Shown one piece after another: positions 40,100 to 55,907 of a stretch of DNA of 64,000 bases (the stretch's first letter is position 1; every line of letters starts with the position of its first letter). Under the pieces are notes generated by a model that saw only the letters and a program-made list of their open reading frames with translations, did no database searches and had not been told where the DNA came from. The position numbers and the translations under genes are program-made. Source of the DNA: Eledone cirrhosa (taxonomy: Eukaryota); contig OZ024748.1 in NCBI GenBank assembly GCA_964016885.1, forward strand, positions 24,056,001-24,120,000, given 5' to 3'.

Positions 40100-40565
40100 T
40101 GTCAGTTCTTGGTTGATACTAAATTGTTTTATCGACCTCGGAAGAATGAAAGTCAAAATCGAATTCGGTGGGATTTGAACTCGGGAAGTAAAGAGACAAA
40201 ATAAATACATGAATGTGACGTTCTAAAGACTCTGCTAATCCACTGCCCTAGAATTTCCAAATATTGATTTCTATTTTAGGCACAAAGACAGCAATTTCGA
40301 GGGAGGGGAAAGTCGATTAAATCACCTCCAGGACTTGACTGGTACTTTATTTTATCGACCCTGAAATGCTGAAAGGTAAAGTATTTCTAAATAATTGTTT
40401 CTACTATTCGCACAAGACCAGCAATTACCCAGTACATTACTTATCGACCCCGTAAGGATGAAAGGCAAAGTTAACCTCGGCGGGATTTGAACTTAGATCA
40501 TAAAGGGACGTAACTATGTTGGAAAGCATGTCCGACCCTCTACCGATACTGCCAATTCGCCCTCA
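40100..40565 (-). mobile_element. Three tandem SINE A copies of differing divergence
   Basis: TTATCGACC...GAAAG..AAA cores; GATTTGAACT B boxes. Confidence 0.8.
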
Positions 40566-41342
40566 AAATACCTCTGAAATTGTTGCCATGACATGTTATG
40601 ATCAAACACAAAGCTTGACAATGTGGTTCGCTTGTAAAAACTGCATATCAGCGCTTTATATGCTGAATTGTCCAAATATTTCCATTTGTGGAGTAGCCAT
40701 TTTGAATTGTTGTTAAACAATTGAGACACCAATGCAACAGATAATAATGATTTAGGAAGGGGGGAATGTGTTTAAATGAGCCCCAGTACTTGACTGGTAC
40801 TCTATTTTATTGACAAAGTAACAGACAATAATCGCTTCTGAAAAGACTTTTTGTCGAAACAATATTTAGATTCAGAATCTCTGATGGTTTAAAAAATCCG
40901 GAGGCCATTGAAAAAAAAAATTGTTTTCACTTATGACACACTTTAGAGCGAATAAAAATATTTTGAAACATTTTATGCATAAAGCCAGAAAAAGTATCAA
41001 CAAAAAGCTTTTATATATTTTAACATATAAATATAAATAATTTAAACTACAAGAAATGAAGTACTTATTTATTCAGCAAATGAAGCATCATCGTCAGCAA
41101 GAAACGAGATGTTTTTTGGCGCCATATCCTTTTTTGTGTTTCGATTTATTTGAGATAAACATACCCTCATATCATCTTCAATGTAATGTAGTTTCTCGCT
41201 TTTTACATTTAATGATAGTGAGCGAAGAACATCCCAATTCTAATAATTATTATGTAGAAAAGTCAAATTAAAATGTGTATTCTCAGCTACTCATTGATAT
41301 TTTTCTCCAATAGAAATTCAAATGTATCACCTAGGCGCTTGA

Positions 41343-41411
<69 letters not shown>

Positions 41412-43314
41412 TTCCTGTTTTTGAAATATAGTCGCACCATCGCAAACGACCATAATAATAGTCGGTCACTATAAATAACTAGCTGACGGCTAAAGGGTAG
41501 ATGTGTATTTGTATATAACTTTCAACTGCGGTCGTTTTATATTCTTGATAATTCTAATTTATTTCGATATTGCTAGGGACTTGGCTCCTTGAACAACACA
41601 TACACACAAACACTCACACACATACACTCACACTCTCACACACATACTCACACACATACACTCACACACACAAACACTCGCACACAAACACTCACACACA
41701 AACACTCACACACATACACTCACAAAAGTGTAGCCAATCTAAGAACTCTGGTTTTAAAATAATTATTACATGCACACACATCTACACAAATATATACATA
41801 AACAGACTCACAGAAAATAATTATTACATACACACACATATGTGTGTGAGTGTGTGCCCGCGCGCGCTTGTGTGTGTGTGTGTTTGTGCGCGTGTGTGTG
41901 TGTGTGCACATGTATACATGTATATGTATGAGTAACACAGGTGTAGCGAACGCTGTTCTCTGTTTTCTATAGTTTGTCACAGCCCCCTTCTTTCCTCACT
42001 CATCACATAGATGTGTGTGTATGTAATCATTATTTTCTATACTGTATATGTTTATGTATATGTATGTATTTATATTTCAATACTGAAACATAGATGAGTT
42101 ACCTCCCTTTCCGCGATTTACAAAAACACAAGAGCATCATATATTAGTAGATATTTCAAAAAACAAAGTGGAGACATGAAAAGAAAGTAGTCAGAAGTGG
42201 TTAGGAGAGATTGAACGCTGTATCTCTTGGGTGTTGGTCTGGTGCTTTAACCACTCACTAAAGAGCTTTGTTTTGGCTTTAATGTTCTTATTTTAACTTT
42301 TCTGTTTGTAATTTAGTATTTCCGGATATATAATCAAAAGTTATTTGTTTTGTTTTATGTTACCTAATTACACTAATCATTCTATCATTACTTACTTCAA
42401 ATTATTGTTCTTTACTAATCATGCAATTCTTTATAATAATTTTACATTGCTATTAGGCGTCTTCTTGCTCGTGCGTGATTTAGATATATCATATCTATAT
42501 TCATGGAGTTTGAAACACAGAGTAACTTTCTGTTGTTATTTTCACTTTCTATCTAGAAATTCGAATCTGTAGTTGAAGATTACAATGGCTACTGTATTTA
42601 TACCACTTATCTTATTTCTAACATTGCGTTCACATTTGAATAATTAGACTGATTCACCTTTAGTACAATTTTCTCATTTTCTCTATTTTTGCATGTTTTA
42701 TCTTATCAGTTCCATTTTCTAAGTACTTTTAAGTATGATTTGATTTTAACTCTGATTTCACTGTCTACATTTGACTTGATATTTAAGTTTGAAGTAATAT
42801 ACTTCCTTCATAAAGTAGCTATGGTATATTTATTTAATCCTAAACTCTTTCAATTTATCTACGTATGTTCTGGCTTCAGTAGATTCTCCAACTGAGTGTC
42901 GGACTTTCATATTTTTAAACCCGTAATTTCTGGTGGAGTCGTAGGGTCCCCGTAGTGTCGTCATACGGCGTTTCTTGACCATTTTCTTTTACATCTGGCG
43001 GAGCCCATCTCCGCTCGTGGTCTAAACACAACAGATTTCTTCCAGAGAAGGAAAGATATTGACAGAGAGAAAGTGAGAAAGAGTTATTAGACTGGTACAT
43101 TTTTATATCGATCTCAAAAGGATGAAAGGCAAAGTTGATATCGCAGAGATCCAGAACGAATACCGTTAAACATTTTATCTAACGTTCTAACGACTCTGCC
43201 ATATAATTTTCACCACCTCAGATATAATTTTAAACCAACTATATAGAGACGAGAATTATTGGTTTGTCCATAGCATTTATAATTATTACTTGTTTGATTT
43301 AATAAAGCTGTTGG

Positions 43315-43610
43315 TTGACGGAGCATGTCCGAATGGTTAAGAAGTTCGTTTCGCAAACATTAGGTCCTGTGTACGATCCCACTGCGGAGCATCTTAGGCA
43401 AGTGTCATTCAACATAACCTCAAGTTAACCCACGCCTTGTGAGGGAAATTGGGTAGACAGAAACTGTTCGGAAGTCTGTCGGGAGCACTGTACCTGTAAT
43501 TCAAAGATCCAGCCTTGCCACATATCATGTCACGCTGAGAATTATGTTGAGGAATGCTCAATCACGTAGACGTTAATTTCACATGCAGGCTCCGTTGGTT
43601 GAAAAGCCTT
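43315..43610 (+). mobile_element. SINE family B (tRNA head, CORE-like body, extended tail)
   Basis: CCGAATGGTTAAG head, CTTAGGCAAGTGTC, GCCTTGTGAG...GGTAGACAGAAACTG; tail shared with 49080-49290 and 55085-55420. Confidence 0.7.
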
Positions 43611-43849
43611 AATACCCATCTTCGAAAGCGACGGAGGTCCATTCCATAAATGCAATGGTCTCGGTTATACTCTCCAATACTGACGAAGAAACATAGACTG
43701 GAACAGTCATCATCGAAACCAACGGAGGGCCATTCTAGCCAGAAAACCTGAGGATAAGTATTTTTCCTAAAATATTCATTTTCTATGGCGACAGGACTGC
43801 TTTTATTATTTTTTCTTCGCTTTGCTATGTTATTGATGTCTGTATATTT

Positions 43850-44400
43850 TGACATAACTTAGTTGATATACCGCTCCCTACTGTGGCTGCTTTATTTATG
43901 GTGTCCACTGTCGAAGACTTTCTTCGGTAATCAATCCATACCTGGCTTAGGTTTTGCTTTCTTTTTCTGCTATCTTCAATAACTTCTTGTTTTATCAATA
44001 GTGTATTCTTTACTTTTATACGTATTTCTTCTGACAATCCTTTCTGCCTCTTTGGTAAGATCTTATCTTCCCCGAAATGCAGCCAACCTATTGGAGAGTA
44101 TTGATGTCTAAGCTGTATACATTGTTAGTAAAAAGAAAAAGGTCATCGATTTATCGAGCTGTAGTTTTTTGGGGTCCCTGTATTTTGTTTCTGTGTTTGT
44201 TTGTTTGTTTGTTTTGTTTTATCTGTTTAGAGGATTTAATATTGTTTCTTCCTGTAACTAGTAGGATGTTGCCGATAGTTCCTTCACTAAGTCATTGCAT
44301 GCTATAACTTCATGTATACTGGTAAAGTACCATAACCAGATATTGGGACTTTATCAATTCTGGAAATAATAACAGTCTTGGTTGTGGGGGTAAATTCTCA
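43850..44400 (-). pseudogene. Degraded R4/Dong-like non-LTR RT fragment
   Basis: LLIKQEVIEDSRKRKQNLSQVWIDY resembles the LLIDKxIxxDxKxRxxNLxxAWIDY motif; upstream ILPKRQKG-like remnant. Confidence 0.65.
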
Positions 44401-45196
44401 CCACCAGTTATGTCAAGCCAAGCTTATATTTTTTCTTTCCCTCTCGCTCTCACACTCACTTTTTTCTCCTATCTTATCCTTTGTACACATTAATCGTATG
44501 TATATTTTACTTCATATATACTCTGCCATTTTTTGTTATTGTTGTTGTTCTTGAAGTATCTTCCACATTGATATTTTTATTGATGTCCCGGTAAACGTTA
44601 TTTTTTTTTACCGTTTCTTCCAAATACGTGATTCTGATGAAAGAATCCCTCACGCTGTTCAAAGAACCTTCTCCAACATGTCTTTATTATCATAACATGA
44701 CTTTCACACGATCACTTTCTTTCATTTTTCTTTTGCTTTCAGAATCCCTTTCCTTTTAATATTGTTTCCTTAATATCTGTTTCGTTTTTTCGCGTCTATT
44801 TCCTATTAGAAATGACCCCCTCCCCCCACACACACCTTCTATTTCACAAGCAATGATTGGTCTTTTCTCTCTTTGTTTATTCTGCATCATATATGTATAT
44901 CTACAGACACAAACACACTCACATTCACACACACACAAACATATATATATTTATATATATATATATATAGTGTGTGTGTGTGTGTGAGTGTATGTGTGTG
45001 TGAGTGTATGTGTGAGTGTATGTGCGTGTGAGTGTATGAGAGAGAGTGTGTGTGTGTGTGTGTGAGTGTATGAGAGAGAGTGTGTGTGTGTGTGTGTGAG
45101 TGTGTGAATGTGAGAATGTGTGTGTGTGTGAATGCGTGTATGTGTGTGAGAGAAATTGTGTGTGCGTGTGTGAGTGTATGAATGTGTGCTAGAGAG

Positions 45197-45232
<36 letters not shown>

Positions 45233-45340
45233 TGGTGAGTGTGTGCGAGAGAGAGAGTGAGTGTGTGAATGTGTGTGAATGTGTGTGAGAGAGAGAGAGA
45301 GTGTGTGTGTGTGTGACAGATCGTGTGTGTGTGTAACAGA

Positions 45341-45390
<50 letters not shown>

Positions 45391-45732
45391 CTACTGTATG
45401 TTTCCATTAAGGTAGAGACTAGTTTCTCTTACAACTACCATCACTACTAGGTAAATTAGATTATATAACGTATTGATGTTCGGGTATGCTTCTGTGGAAA
45501 TAATTTCTTAGAAGTCCTCGTTCTACTTGGCTATTCTTTCTATGAGATTTTAAATATTTATCGTTGTTGTTTCTCCCCATGTCAGCCATGATTGACCTAG
45601 CCTACTGTATTCTGTTCCTCTATATCCATTTATATTCTTATATAGTTTAGCCAGAAATATGTAACCCAACGTGGCCTTACTTTAAGGTGATAAACTGTGA
45701 TTTGGGGGCTAGCAGATTGAACGACCATACAG

Positions 45733-45945
45733 GAGTGGATTGGCAGAATCGGTAGAGCGTCTGACAACATGCTTTGCGGCATATAGTTACGGTCCTTTAC
45801 GTTCTGAGTTCAAATCCTGCTGAGGTTAGATTTGACTATCTGACTTACGAGGTCGATAAAATAAAATACCAGTAACGCACTAGGGTTAATTTAATCGATT
45901 TTCCGCCTATTGCTGGCCTTAAGCTAAAAGTAGAAACAATTATTA
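45733..45945 (+). mobile_element. SINE A
   Basis: A/B boxes, core, tail GAAACAATTATT. Confidence 0.85.
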
Positions 45946-46089
45946 ACTTATTTATTTATAAATTCGAGAAGTGTTATGATAGATTTTGTCATGGTTAGTT
46001 CTCTTATTCTGTTTATTATTCAAGTTCAATTAGATTTTCAGCGTTGTTCCCTCTGCCTGTTCGTTGTCACATTGTGCTTCACTCTTATT

Positions 46090-46320
46090 GGGATTGGCAG
46101 AGTCGTTAGAGCGTCGGACAAATTCTTAGCAGTATTTATTGCAGCTCTTTACTTTCAGAGTTCAAATCGCACCGAGATCAATTTTGCCTTTCATCTTTTC
46201 AGAGTTTATGAAATAAGTACCAGTCAAGTACTGGGATCGATTTCATCGATTTCATCCCCTCCCCCATCCCCCCTAGAAAAGAAACTTACTAGCCTTGTGC
46301 CAAAATTAGTTACAATTATT
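46090..46320 (+). mobile_element. Older SINE A
   Basis: TTGGCAGAGTCGTTAGAGCG, GAGTTCAAATC, core and tail. Confidence 0.8.
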
Positions 46321-46983
46321 AATGAACCTGGGGCCTAATGATTACGAAGCGAACCTTTTACTCATCCGGCCATGTTTCGTCCACATATTGCATATAATCT
46401 GTTTAACCATCACCCCAACCCCCTACAAAACATTATATACTGCATATAATCCTGACACCAACCCCAAAGAAGAACCCCACCACATATTGCTTCTAATCGT
46501 GACCCCACCGAAAAGAAAAGAAAACTCCACCACATATGCATCTAATCGTGAACACCCAACCCCCTCTAACAAGAAAAAATGAAAAGAAACGTATTCTTTG
46601 CAAATGTAAATTGCTTCTCTGTGACCCCTCGCCTTGCTGTATATGAAGGTCAGACAAACAGATTAGTACAAACAAATTAGTACAAACAGATTAGTACAAA
46701 CAGATTACACTCTCAGATATGATTAGTCATTGTACGTCGGTCTACACTCTGTGACAAAGATGATACCTGGTTGTACATGTACCCGGAAAGTGTTGAGTTA
46801 CATGGTGACGTCATAAGCCGGACGTCCAATCAGAAGCGTGCTATCCAATAACCAATAGTCTCGACGATATTAATTTTTTTTTACATCATCATTTTATTTA
46901 AATTATATGCGTCAACATAAGGAAATTTATTTGTGAGCATGTATATATATTATTTCTATATATATGTATGTATATATGTGTGA

Positions 46984-47035
<52 letters not shown>

Positions 47036-47080
47036 ATATATATATATGTGTGTGTGTGTGTGCATATATGTATGTGTCTT

Positions 47081-47142
<62 letters not shown>

Positions 47143-47158
47143 CATATATATATATATA

Positions 47159-47201
<43 letters not shown>

Positions 47202-47266
47202 ATATATATATATATGTGTGTGTATGTGTGCATATATGTATGTGTGTCTTTAAGTATATATATATA

Positions 47267-47395
<129 letters not shown>

Positions 47396-47487
47396 CATAT
47401 ATATATATATATGTGTGTGCAAGTATACATGTTTGTATGAATGCACACAAACACACACACACACACATGATATATATATATATATAT

Positions 47488-47539
<52 letters not shown>

Positions 47540-47835
47540 AAACTAAGTGTGAAGATACCCCAACCCATCCATTAATCAAATCAAATGTCTGAAGTTCCAG
47601 TTCAAAAAGAATTGGTATTAACAATTCGAAGAATGTAGACTGTCTTTGATTAGCTTCAGTGCCTGTATGATTGGCTCTGTGACTTGGTGATGTCATAGAC
47701 AGATGGACCAATCAGAAAGCAGCCATCCGCTGGCCATCAATAAACTAGACGTCGTTTTAATTTTCTTGTCGTTTCATTTCGCTTTTTATTTGTTTTAACA
47801 TTGTTGTTTCATTTAAAGTTGTTTCATTGGAGCTT

Positions 47836-47868
47836 GTCGTCGTCGTCGTCGTCGTCGTCGTCAACATG

Positions 47869-47902
<34 letters not shown>

Positions 47903-47926
47903 TCATCGCCATCGCCATCGTCAACA

Positions 47927-47959
<33 letters not shown>

Positions 47960-48712
47960 TCATCGCCATCGTCAACATCGTCGTCGTCGTCGTCGTCATC
48001 ATCGCCATCGTCAACATCGTCGTCGTCGTCGTCGTCATCATCGCCATCGTCAACATCGTCGTCGTCGGCGGCGGCGGCGGCGGCGTCTCGTCATCCCCAT
48101 CATCACTACCATCATCCTCATCATCATCACCATCATCGTCGTCATCATCATCATCATCATCGTCGTCGTCGGCGGCGGCGGTGGCAGCTGCGGTGTCTCG
48201 TCATCAACATCATCACCACTATCATCATCACCACTATCATCATCACCGCCATCATCATCATCATCACCACCACCATTGTCACCACCACCACCACCACCAC
48301 CATTATCAACATCTCCACCATCACCAACACCACCACCATCACCACCGTCACTACTATTACCATCACCCCTATCACCACCATCACCGCCATCGCCATCGTC
48401 ACCATCACTATCATCATCATCATCACCACCACCACTATCCACGCCATCACCATCATCATCACCACTATCAACGCCATCACCATCATCACCATCATAACCA
48501 CCATCACCGCCATCACCATCATCATCACCACCATCAACGCCATCACCATCACCATCACCATCATCACCATCATCACCACCATCACAACTGTCCAGGCCAT
48601 CACCATCACCATCACCATCATCACCACCATCACAACTGTCCAGGCCATCACCATCACCATCACCATCATCACCACCATCACAACTGTCCAGGCCATCACC
48701 ATCACCATCATC
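47836..48712. repeat. (GTC)n/(CAT)n/(CAC)n trinucleotide mosaic
   Basis: Direct inspection; includes CpG-rich (TCG)n. Confidence 0.9.
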
Positions 48713-48796
48713 GTTTTCTCCTTCAACTAATATCTCCGGTTTGTGACCAGTTCCTAAAATCAACTAAATATCGATTTTATAACCTAGTTTCGTACG

Positions 48797-48901
<105 letters not shown>

Positions 48902-48943
48902 CAACAACCAGAACTATTAGTATTACCAATGCTGCTGCTGCTG

Positions 48944-48979
<36 letters not shown>

Positions 48980-49555
48980 TAACCATCACATCTGACCACA
49001 CCAGCTAAGTTAGCGCACTCAATAATCTCGTCGGAGTTAAATACCGAGTCCAGGTAATGTTGAATGGGTTGTGTGTATTACAAGTCGACGGAGACTGTGT
49101 AGAAGCCCGTTGGACGAACTTTACTTGTAATTCAAATGGTCAGCTTTGTCACACATTATGTCAAGCTGAATCTTCCTGAGAATTGCGGCTGTGAGTGCTC
49201 GGCTGATTGCACATTAACATGAGCCGGCACTTCCGTTGATCGAACAACTGAAGCATTCATCGTCGAAACTGACAGGGGCCCATTCCAGGTCATGTGACAC
49301 TGCAAGTGGTATATGAGCAAAAATACGTTGAGACAGAAATTCAAACAGCAGCTCAACAAGAAACTTACCATCAACTATCAATGTGAAAATAGTTGAGTGT
49401 AGTTTATCTGAAGCATTGTGAAATATGTGGTTGAGAATGGTTTGTGGTAAAGTCGGTATAATATGAAGGTGGAACTAGAGGAGAGTTAAAGGAAGACAGT
49501 ACAATAGATTTTACATTTTAAATGTATTCAACCCAATGCAAATGATCAAAATAAT

Positions 49556-49735
49556 TGTTTCTACTTTTGGCACAAAGCCAGCAATTACCCAGTGCATTAC
49601 TGGTACTTTATTTTATCAACCCCGTAAGGATGAAAGGCAAGTTGACCTCGGCGGGATTTGAACTCAGTTCGTGAAGGGACGTAACTGTGCTGCAAAGCAT
49701 GGCGTCTGACCCTCTACCGATACTGCCAATCCACC
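49556..49735 (-). mobile_element. Young SINE A with 25-bp TSD
   Basis: ACCCAATGCAAATGATCA(A/T)AATAAT at 49531-49555 and 49736-49760. Confidence 0.9.
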
Positions 49736-50394
49736 ACCCAATGCAAATGATCATAATAATAGTCGATCACTTTAAATAACAGCTATGAAGAATCAGATAA
49801 ATTACCCCTGGTGACGGAAGAAAGTGGACAGTGGTACCTCTCATTAAAATGAATAATTTTTCCAATAAAAATGAACAAATTTTTCGACATTTTTTTTTGG
49901 GGGGGGGGGTATAGTTGCACCTACGCACACGTAACCCCCCCCCCACGTAATACGTCACTGAGTGATTGACTAACAATATGGTTATTTACGTTGGGTAGTT
50001 TTACATTTCATAATATTTCGAGATTTGAACCTCTTTATCAAGTGAGGAGAAAAGAGTTTTCATTTGTTGTGACTGACCGCCACTGGAGGTTGGTCGGCCT
50101 TATGTAACCCAAAATAATTTGGCTGTGATGAAAATATACGGTAGTGATATTACTGTAAAATACTACTTTATACAATGTGTAACTGGCCTGTAACTATATC
50201 ACATTAAAACAAGGAAGGCACACTTAATTATCTGGTTTAAGTAGGTGTAAACTCAATATTTACTTTAGATGTAAATATTGATTGAGTAGATGTAAACTCA
50301 ATCAATATTTACATCAGATGTAAATATTTTGACTGTGAAACATATGTAATGGTCGATATACAATAATAACATTCTAAAGTGAAACTTCGTTATA

Positions 50395-50472
<78 letters not shown>

Positions 50473-50555
50473 ATAATAATAAATTTGAAGACTAAAATCC
50501 AAAGAGGGCTCAATAAGGATAAATATATATCAAATATATAAGAACCCTAGAGCAA

Positions 50556-50678
50556 ATATTTATTAAAATAACAAATTAAAGTTTAAGCAAAGAGTCGCTG
50601 CTTTCACCCTTAATGGGATCTTCAGGGTGAAAGCAGCGATTCTTTGCTTAAACTTTAATCTGTTATTTTAATAAATAT
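50556..50678. mobile_element. Fold-back element with hammerhead-like core on the minus strand
   Basis: ~55-bp arms; minus strand reads CTGAAGA-TCCC-ATTAA-GGGT-GAAAG-CAGCGA-CTC. Confidence 0.65.
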
Positions 50679-50691
50679 ATATATACACATA

Positions 50692-51284
<593 letters not shown>

Positions 51285-51568
51285 ACACACACGTTTTCCT
51301 TCTGAAAAACATTTTTTTCCCGTTTTCTTTCTTTTCTTACTCTCGTCTATCTTCTTATCTCCTCTCTCTCCCATTCTATCACCGACAAAGGACTGACATC
51401 CGAATTATTAACATTTTTTTCCTATTATATCAAGCATTAAGCTATTATATATCATCATTGTATTCTTCTTTCTTGAAGCAGTTTTTTTTTATTGACTTTT
51501 CTCATACATATACCCACAGACATGTGTGTGTGTGTACGTGCGCGTGTGTGTATGTGAAAGTATGTATG

Positions 51569-51599
<31 letters not shown>

Positions 51600-51772
51600 T
51601 CGTATGTAATTATGTATGTATCTATCTATGTATATATGAATGCACGTTTGTGTATGTATATCTATATGTGTTTATATATGTATGTATGTTTGTGTATGTA
51701 TATATGTATGTATACACGTATGTATGTATATACGTATGTATGTATATATGTATATATATATATATGTGTATG

Positions 51773-51806
<34 letters not shown>

Positions 51807-52482
51807 TATATGTATGTATATATGTATGTATACACGTATGTATGTATATACGTATGTATGTATATATGTATATATATATATATATGTGTATGTATATATG
51901 TATATATGTATGTATGTATGTATGTATATATGTATGTATGTATATATGTATGTATATTTCTATACGTGTGTATAAATATATGTATGTATATATAATTCTC
52001 ATTGCCTTGTAAATTGATCCTCTTGTTATTGTTTCCTTCTATTACTGATCAAGATCTTAACACTTCCACTGATCAACATTTTTTTACTGGTCATGAATAA
52101 CCTTTCAGCTATCAATTATTTACTGGGCAAGAGATTCTCTTTGAAAATCCTTTCTAGATCTACTTTTCTGAATTGAACTACACTCTAGTTTAGGCTTTTC
52201 ACTAGATTCTTCTCAAATAATTCTAGTTTCATCAAAGATTACATCCAGGCTTCACTATGATTAATTTTCTCTTGTTTTCCTTTTCAACTCGCTCACAGCA
52301 AAGATATTTTGGGATCGTTTGTCTTTGGATCAAGTGATTCCATTCTTTCTGAGAACTCTTCTGGTCGTGTTATTTTCCCCATTTACTATTTTGCGCAGCC
52401 AACCTCTGGATTCTGTTTGACATAAGAAATATACTCGCATGTCATGGTTAGATTACACTATATTGTCATTAGTTAGTCCAGT

Positions 52483-52676
52483 AGGCGGTGGATTGGCTTC
52501 ATTGCCAGAGCGTCAGACACAATGCTTTGCAGCATAGAGTTATGGCCCTTTATGTTCTGAGTTCAAATCTCGCCGATGTTAACTTTGCCCTACATCCTTA
52601 CGGAGTCGATAAAATAAAGCACCAGTAATACACTGGGGGTAATTGCTGGCCTAGTGCCAAAAGTAGAAACAATTAT
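52483..52676 (+). mobile_element. SINE A with ~16-bp TSD
   Basis: ATTAGTTAGTCCAGTA / ATTATTTAGTCCACTA flanks. Confidence 0.85.
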
Positions 52677-54319
52677 TTAGTCCACTAGTAAATGGCGGTT
52701 TTTCTTGGTAGATCGTCAAAGTGTTCGTTTCAAAGTGTCCTTTTGTCGGTGTTGTCATCAAAGTGTGGCACCATGGCATCGCTTGCCTCTGTAAGAAATA
52801 TTCCCTCACTCAAGCAAAACCTAACAGAAATTTCTCTTTGCCGAGTGTCTGTGGAAATCGAGCAATTCGTTGTCTGTCGACAAATAATTCCTTATAAAAC
52901 AGATATTGATGCATCTGTTTGACGGTCAGACTCAATGACCGCCTATAAGAAATGTTTGGTAATGCTGTACTATTTATATATCATTCTTATCAGAACTATT
53001 TCCTGTTCTGGTAAACACACCTTGCCATATAAGCTTTCTGATAAATTTCGATGGTAGCGTATAATATCATCTTTCATCCACTTGCCTATTATCAGCTGGT
53101 CTACTAGCTTTAGAGCCTAACATTACTTTCCTTCTTGGTCCCTGTCATTCATGGCTTTTGACGATAACCTTGGCTCTTCATGTATCGATCTACTTTTCTC
53201 ATAGAAATATTATATGAGGTGTTTAAACAATTCACTCCAAGTTCTTTACTTTATTTAAGCTTCTCGATTTGGCAAGGAGGACACTTCGACCCAATGATAA
53301 CATACTCGATAGTTTTATAGGCTGCGGATCTTTTATTCAACGTCTATATACTTCATTTGCTGTCTCAACTTATAGTTGTGCCTGTTTTGATGGTGACGCG
53401 ATTCCCAAAACCTATTATAAAACTTTATAGCTGCTACATCAATACGGAATTTGAGATTGGCGAATGTACCATGATTACTGTCAGTCGGGGTAAGTTAACT
53501 GAGTTATTAAACACTGACAATGAAATTGACCATTCGATAAAAGAATTAAGACCAGAGAAATTATGAACTGGGGATCAATGAAATTGGAGTAATACGACAT
53601 TTCAAAACGAAGGAGTAAATCTGAAAGCAATAAACACCTTGGCAGTCCCAGCAGTAAGCTACAGCTTTAATGTGATAAACTAGGAACTGCAAGAAATCTG
53701 AATTCTAAGCACAAAAACAAGAAAATTACTAAATTCAAATTACATTACTGAAAATCCGGTAAACATCACATTTATATCCCCTGACAGAATGGAGGAAGGC
53801 TTTATGTAACAGATGATCTATGGCGCCTCGACAGATGGGCTTGACAATTTACTGAAAAATAAAACTATATATATATATGACCTACCTTACAGTCAGTTGC
53901 AAAAGATGAGACAATCAAAAGGGAGCATCAATACAAGAAACGCAGGCATAAAGGAAAAACAAAAAGCACTGCAATTACACATTCTTCTAAAAACAGAGAC
54001 ACACTTAGAATTAAAGATACAAACATATTACAAAGATCGCATATATAATAATAAAAAATATATTTGGAAGTTGTACTTGGTTGGCAAGTAGATCTGAGAT
54101 CGTGTGTTCAAATTGAAATAATTTAATCTTGAAAGAGCCGTGGGTAAAGGTAGGTAGGTAGGTAAAAGGCCCTTACCTCTTGATTGAGTCGCAGGGGCGT
54201 CATCCTGGCATAAGGTGTGTCTTTGGGCATTTTAAGCCTGGTGGATCTCATCTTATTCCTCATCAGATCCGATATCTTCCAGAGAAAAAAAAGTGATAAA
54301 GACTAATAGAGCAAGAGTC

Positions 54320-54470
54320 AACCCTAATACTAGTAATTTATTTATCGACTCTTAAAGGATGAAAGGCAAAGTTGACCTCGGCGGGATTTGAACGCAGAGC
54401 GCAGTAAGCATGAATAAATACCGGAGCATTTTTCGTTCGACACTCTAGCAACTCTACCTATTCACCGCCT
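54320..54470 (-). mobile_element. SINE A (3'-truncated)
   Basis: GGATGAAAGGCAAAGTTGACCTCGGCGGGATTTGAAC. Confidence 0.8.
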
Positions 54471-54509
54471 TTAGAAGAATTGTAACAGCTACTTAAACAT
54501 GCAAATGTT

Positions 54510-54592
54510 AGTTTTAGTTTTATTTCTTTATCTATTTGTATTGTCTTTGTATTGTCCCCTTTCTTGTTGCGCCCTTGTGGCTAATAAAGAAA
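54510..54592 (+). mobile_element. Very short Tx1-like 3' terminus followed by TCTATCTA
   Basis: TTTGTATTGTCCCCTT...GCCCTTGTGGCTAATAAAGAAA resembles 31323-31368. Confidence 0.75.
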
Positions 54593-55084
54593 TCTATCTA
54601 TTTGACAGACAACAAAGCTCCTCCTAACTGAAAGAGAAATATTGAAAGCCAGTTTATTATTGTTTTGTTTAGTGTCTCCAAACTAGATAATACCGGAGCT
54701 CAATATAAAATCTCAAAATTTAGTATCTCAATACCTGGTGTGTTGTCAGATTGGTGAGTCCACACAAGCCACATCCTTATTGGAGTAGAGGTACTTCGCT
54801 AGCCACTTCGGAAATGTATCAAGATACATGACAGGGTTGGCTAACTATCTAGCTAACCAGTTACTCTGCTGAAAGATATAAACGTCCTTGAAGTATTTTT
54901 TTTTTAATAAGACTCGGTTGCTCCAGGAACATGAGAAAAGTTTGAAAATCTGGAATGTGTGAAATCTATCGAAGAAATGAAGAAATATCAGTGAACTGTT
55001 CTCATATTGTAACAAAAGAGACAACATCTCCCGGTATTTATTGCAGGGGCAAAACAAAACAAAAAGATTGGAATGGATCTTCGT

Positions 55085-55420
55085 GGGTCTCGACGATAAA
55101 TATTCCAGTTATACAATCAACGGAACAGCCTGCTTATGAAATTAATGTGTAAGTGGCCGAGCATTCTACAGATACGTGTAGCCATCAAGTAATTCTCAAG
55201 GAGATTCAGCGTGACAAAATATGTGTGACGATACTGGGTGGTTCTTTGAATTACAAGTAGAGTTCATCTGACTGGCTTCCAAACTGTTCCTTGTCTTACC
55301 AATTTCTCTCACACGTGACCGGAAGCTATGGTAAATAACACTTGACCAAGATTCCACGTATGGGATCGAACCGAAGATATAATGACTGCGAAGCAAACCC
55401 CTTAACCATTCGGCCATGTT
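55085..55420 (-). mobile_element. SINE family B
   Basis: Head ATGGCCGAATGGTTAAG...GGTTCGATCCC; tail shared with the 43315 copy. Confidence 0.7.
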
Positions 55421-55477
55421 GGATCCATACAACAAACAATACCATCAAAGTAAAAGACGTTGAGAAACAACTCAAAT

Positions 55478-55481
55478 TTAA

Positions 55482-55516
<35 letters not shown>

Positions 55517-55762
55517 ATAGATAAATAAATAAATAAATAAATAGATAAATAAATAAATAAATAAATAGATAGATAAATAAATAAATAGATAAATAAATAA
55601 ATAAATAGATAAATAAATAAATAAATAAATAAATAGATAAATAAATAAATAGATAAATAAATAAATAAATAAATAAATAGATAAATAAATAAATAAATAA
55701 ATAAATAGATAAATAAATAAATAGATAAATAAATAGATAAATAAAAAAATAAATAAATAAAT
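55478..55762. repeat. (TAAA/TAGA)n microsatellite
   Basis: Direct inspection. Confidence 0.95.
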
Positions 55763-55907
55763 TGCTATGGAAGAACCAAAAAATGCTGCGAAGACTGAGA
55801 CGCTGTCAAGGAAGGCTTCACAATACATTCTAGATGTGGATGGTGTTCCATCTGGTGGAGAAGTTCATCTGGAGGCTGTCTTCACGAGTGGTATATCAGT
55901 GGAAATT

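Larger units (their letters stand above)
53430..55070 (+). pseudogene. Degraded R4/Dong-like LINE C-terminal region, interrupted by younger insertions
   Basis: NLKAINTLAVPAVSYSFNVIN...TKTRKLL, GGR-L remnant, QCLQTR, HDRV and EISVNCSHIV (IxxNRPDIV-like) in the expected order, with stops and frameshifts. Confidence 0.65.
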